From positions 1-36,567 of the IMG/VR virus record IMGVR_UViG_3300031159_000045: a stretch of 36,567 nt of DNA. One strand, given 5' to 3'. Numbering within the stretch: position 1 is the first letter of the stretch; each line of letters begins with the position of its first letter. The DNA is from a virus. Its lineage: Duplodnaviria; Caudoviricetes. Below the pieces are notes generated by a model. That model did not search any database. It saw nothing but the letters and a program-made list of their open reading frames with translations, and was not told the origin of the DNA. Shown here in pieces: positions 34,312 to 36,567 of the stretch. The position numbers and the translations under genes were made by a program.

Positions 34312-36567
34312 TTGACTTCAAAGTATGATGCCTACCGCCAGAAGTACAGTTCCAAATTCAACGAATACGCAGAACGTTATGTAGGAGGGGCTGCGGCTCC
34401 TCCTGTTTCTGTTCAGCCCATTTCGGGCGGAAGTAAATATGATGTTGCGCGGCAGCGGATTGCCACCGGCGCCGCTGAACGCGAAACGCTCCAAGGGCTT
34501 GCGCAGGGCGTCGATATCCTGTCTGATTTCTTCGGATCCGCGATCAAAAAGGGGGTTGCTAACGCGATCGACCGCACAAAACAAGCCGTTCAGGAGCGGA
34601 AACTTCGTGAAGCCGAAGAAGCAAAGTCCCGGGCGACCCAAACGCCCGCGGTGAAGCACAGCCCGCTCAGCAAAGCGATCGCCAGCACCAGCGACTTTAT
34701 TGCTGATCTTATCCCGGTTCATGTTCCGGGTGGTCGAAAGATGGATAAGACAATCGGTGAGCAGATTGGAGCAATCGGCAGAAGAACCCAGATCCCCGGG
34801 ACCGTCGGAGACTTGTTGGCCGGTTTCGATCTCACGGCTTCCATGGGCCTGTCGAAGGTTCTGGCCGACGCATTCGGCATGCAGGACCGGACGGAGCGCG
34901 CCGAGGACACGACGGGCGGCAAAATCGGCCAAGCAATCGGCTATCTTAATCCCGGCGGCGGTGGTCTGGCATACAGGGCGGCCGGCAGGCTGACAGCGCC
35001 ACTTGTGCGGAATGCTTCTAGCATCGTCCAGAATGCGGCTAGGGGGGCGGCAGCGGGCGGCATCCTGCAGGGCGGAATTGAGGCTGGGGAAGCATTGTCC
35101 GGCCAGAATGACCAGCCACTCGGGGAACGAGCGCGCGAAATCGCTCTTGCGGTCGGAATCGGCGGCGCCGGAGACGCTGCAATTCAAGGGATCGGAAGGC
35201 TGCTATCCAACGTCGGCAACCGCGCGGCGCAGCAAATCGTTAACCGCTCGCTGGAGACGACAAGTGTGCTCGATGATGTCGGCAGAGAATCGAGTCTCGT
35301 TTCTGCCTCGAAAAGGTACTTGGATGACATTGACGAGCAGCTTGCGAATCTTAACCGGAACGCGCCCGATTACGAGCAGCAGCGGGCGGCGCTCGAAAAT
35401 GACCGTAGGGCAACCGTGTCGTTCATCCGGCAGCATGAACCGGATTTCGTTGACGAGGTAGCAGTTTCCGTCCCCCCGGACATTGATTCGCTTGTTCGTG
35501 AATACCAGCAAGCGGACGAGGCGATCAAAGAACTGGACGAGAGATTCGGCAGGAAGTACGGTGCAAATCAACCGATGACGCCGGACGATTTGCGACAGTA
35601 CCTGGCGCTGAACGAAGCCCGCAGCCAGGCTGCCCAAAAGATTCAAAACGCGGTTCGCATTGCCGAAGTCCCGGAAGGCGTAAAGGCTCGCGCCGCTGCT
35701 GGAACCGAGTTGACCGCCGCGGCAACTTCTACACCGCCCACAGCAGCTTTACCGGCGGGAACCGTCCGCGCGCGCGTGACACCGCCGGCAGGAAACAGGT
35801 CGACGGGTCCGACGGCAGCCGAAAGCAAGCCGAAGAAGACCATCTCCCGCGTGCAGCTGATCGAGAACATTCGTAAAAACCTTGGCGTGACCATAGACAC
35901 CGGGCGCACAGGGTACTCCCGCGACCAAGTTCTGGGCGTTTACAAGACGCAACCCGAGGTAATCCGGACCGGATACGCAGAGGATTACGATACGATCGCG
36001 CATGAGATCGGACATCACTTCGTCAAGCAATACAACCTGTTGGAGCCGAGGTACGAACACGAACTGCTGAACATGATGGATACAATCGGTTCGCACGATT
36101 ACCAGTCCTATCCGCGATCAGAGTGGTTCGAAGAAGGCGTCGCCGAGTACATGCGGGTTTACCTGACGGATCCGGACCGAGCCCGTGAGTTGGCGCCGGA
36201 GTTCACCGCACATTTGGAGAGCGTGCTGCCGAAGAAGACAAAACGGGGACTGGCCAACGTACAGCGCGACATCCGAACATGGATCGAACAGGGTCCGTAT
36301 GAGCAGGCCAAGGGTCTTATCGACTTCGACGGCGGCGGCAGCAAGGATAGGAAGGCGAGTTGGAACCGCTGGTACACAACAATGATCGATGACCTGAATC
36401 CGATCAGACTGGCGGAAAAAGCGCTAACCGGTACCGTGAACATAGGCAGCAAGTCCATCTATAAGATGGCCCGGCTGAGCCGCGGCGTTGGCGAGCAAGC
36501 GAAAATGGCGATCACCCGCGGTATATTCGATTCTCAGGGTAACAAACTCAGCGACGGGCTTCGGCAG
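34312..36567 (+). CDS. Large internal virion / polyvalent-type protein with a zincin-like HExxH domain (3'-truncated; absent from the ORF track)
   Basis: TTG at 34312 after GGGGTGA; MTSKYDAYRQKY...; frame spot-checked open to the window end (752 codons); AHEIGHH at about 35998-36018 and EEGVAEY downstream. Confidence 0.78.
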   Translation, partial: MTSKYDAYRQKYSSKFNEYAERYVGGAAAPPVSVQPISGGSKYDVARQRIATGAAERETLQGLAQGVDILSDFFGSAIKKGVANAIDRTKQAVQERKLREAEEAKSRATQTPAVKHSPLSKAIASTSDFIADLIPVHVPGGRKMDKTIGEQIGAIGRRTQIPGTVGDLLAGFDLTASMGLSKVLADAFGMQDRTERAEDTTGGKIGQAIGYLNPGGGGLAYRAAGRLTAPLVRNASSIVQNAARGAAAGGILQGGIEAGEALSGQNDQPLGERAREIALAVGIGGAGDAAIQGIGRLLSNVGNRAAQQIVNRSLETTSVLDDVGRESSLVSASKRYLDDIDEQLANLNRNAPDYEQQRAALENDRRATVSFIRQHEPDFVDEVAVSVPPDIDSLVREYQQADEAIKELDERFGRKYGANQPMTPDDLRQYLALNEARSQAAQKIQNAVRIAEVPEGVKARAAAGTELTAAATSTPPTAALPAGTVRARVTPPAGNRSTGPTAAESKPKKTISRVQLIENIRKNLGVTIDTGRTGYSRDQVLGVYKTQPEVIRTGYAEDYDTIAHEIGHHFVKQYNLLEPRYEHELLNMMDTIGSHDYQSYPRSEWFEEGVAEYMRVYLTDPDRARELAPEFTAHLESVLPKKTKRGLANVQRDIRTWIEQGPYEQAKGLIDFDGGGSKDRKASWNRWYTTMIDDLNPIRLAEKALTGTVNIGSKSIYKMARLSRGVGEQAKMAITRGIFDSQGNKLSDGLRQ

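Larger units (their letters stand above)
1..36567. mobile_element. Temperate prophage, podovirus-like (short-tail) architecture; right end lies beyond the window
   Basis: Continuous module order of integrase, lysogeny, replication, packaging, head, tail and ejection genes; no tape-measure or tail tube gene seen; no host housekeeping gene recognised. Confidence 0.93.

Overview
The window is the left ~36.5 kb of a temperate, probably podovirus-like prophage from a spore-forming Bacillota host. Paenibacillaceae is a plausible host, but that is inference. Gene order: tyrosine integrase; ImmA-like protease, ImmR/CI-like repressor and a divergent Cro-like switch with four 17-bp operators; excisionase; YqaJ/RecT recombination pair; DEDDh exonuclease; replication initiator with internal iterons; DnaB helicase; RusA; two DNA methyltransferases; a run of small accessory genes; Xpf-like late sigma factor; TerS/TerL; holin; portal; scaffold; major capsid; adaptor; beta-helix tailspike; an inverted Wzy-like moron; tail nozzle; ejection proteins; and a large HExxH-containing protein that runs off the window end. 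No tape-measure, tube or sheath gene is seen. Best signals: (1) a C5-cytosine MTase that lacks motif IX, while a long +1-frame gene nested inside it carries three WPTP modules and a motif IX-like segment; (2) a classic -1 frameshift signal (G GGA AAT plus hairpin) that would fuse an ejection protein to a lytic transglycosylase; (3) QLTLF clamp-binding-like motifs on both MTase systems; (4) a tailspike + Wzy low-GC cassette with an apparent deletion in wzy; (5) a tRNA-like structured RNA and antisense mini-units in the early operon; (6) a SigH-type zinc-ribbon moron and a holin placed inside the packaging module. All calls come from reading the sequence by eye; no searches were run.
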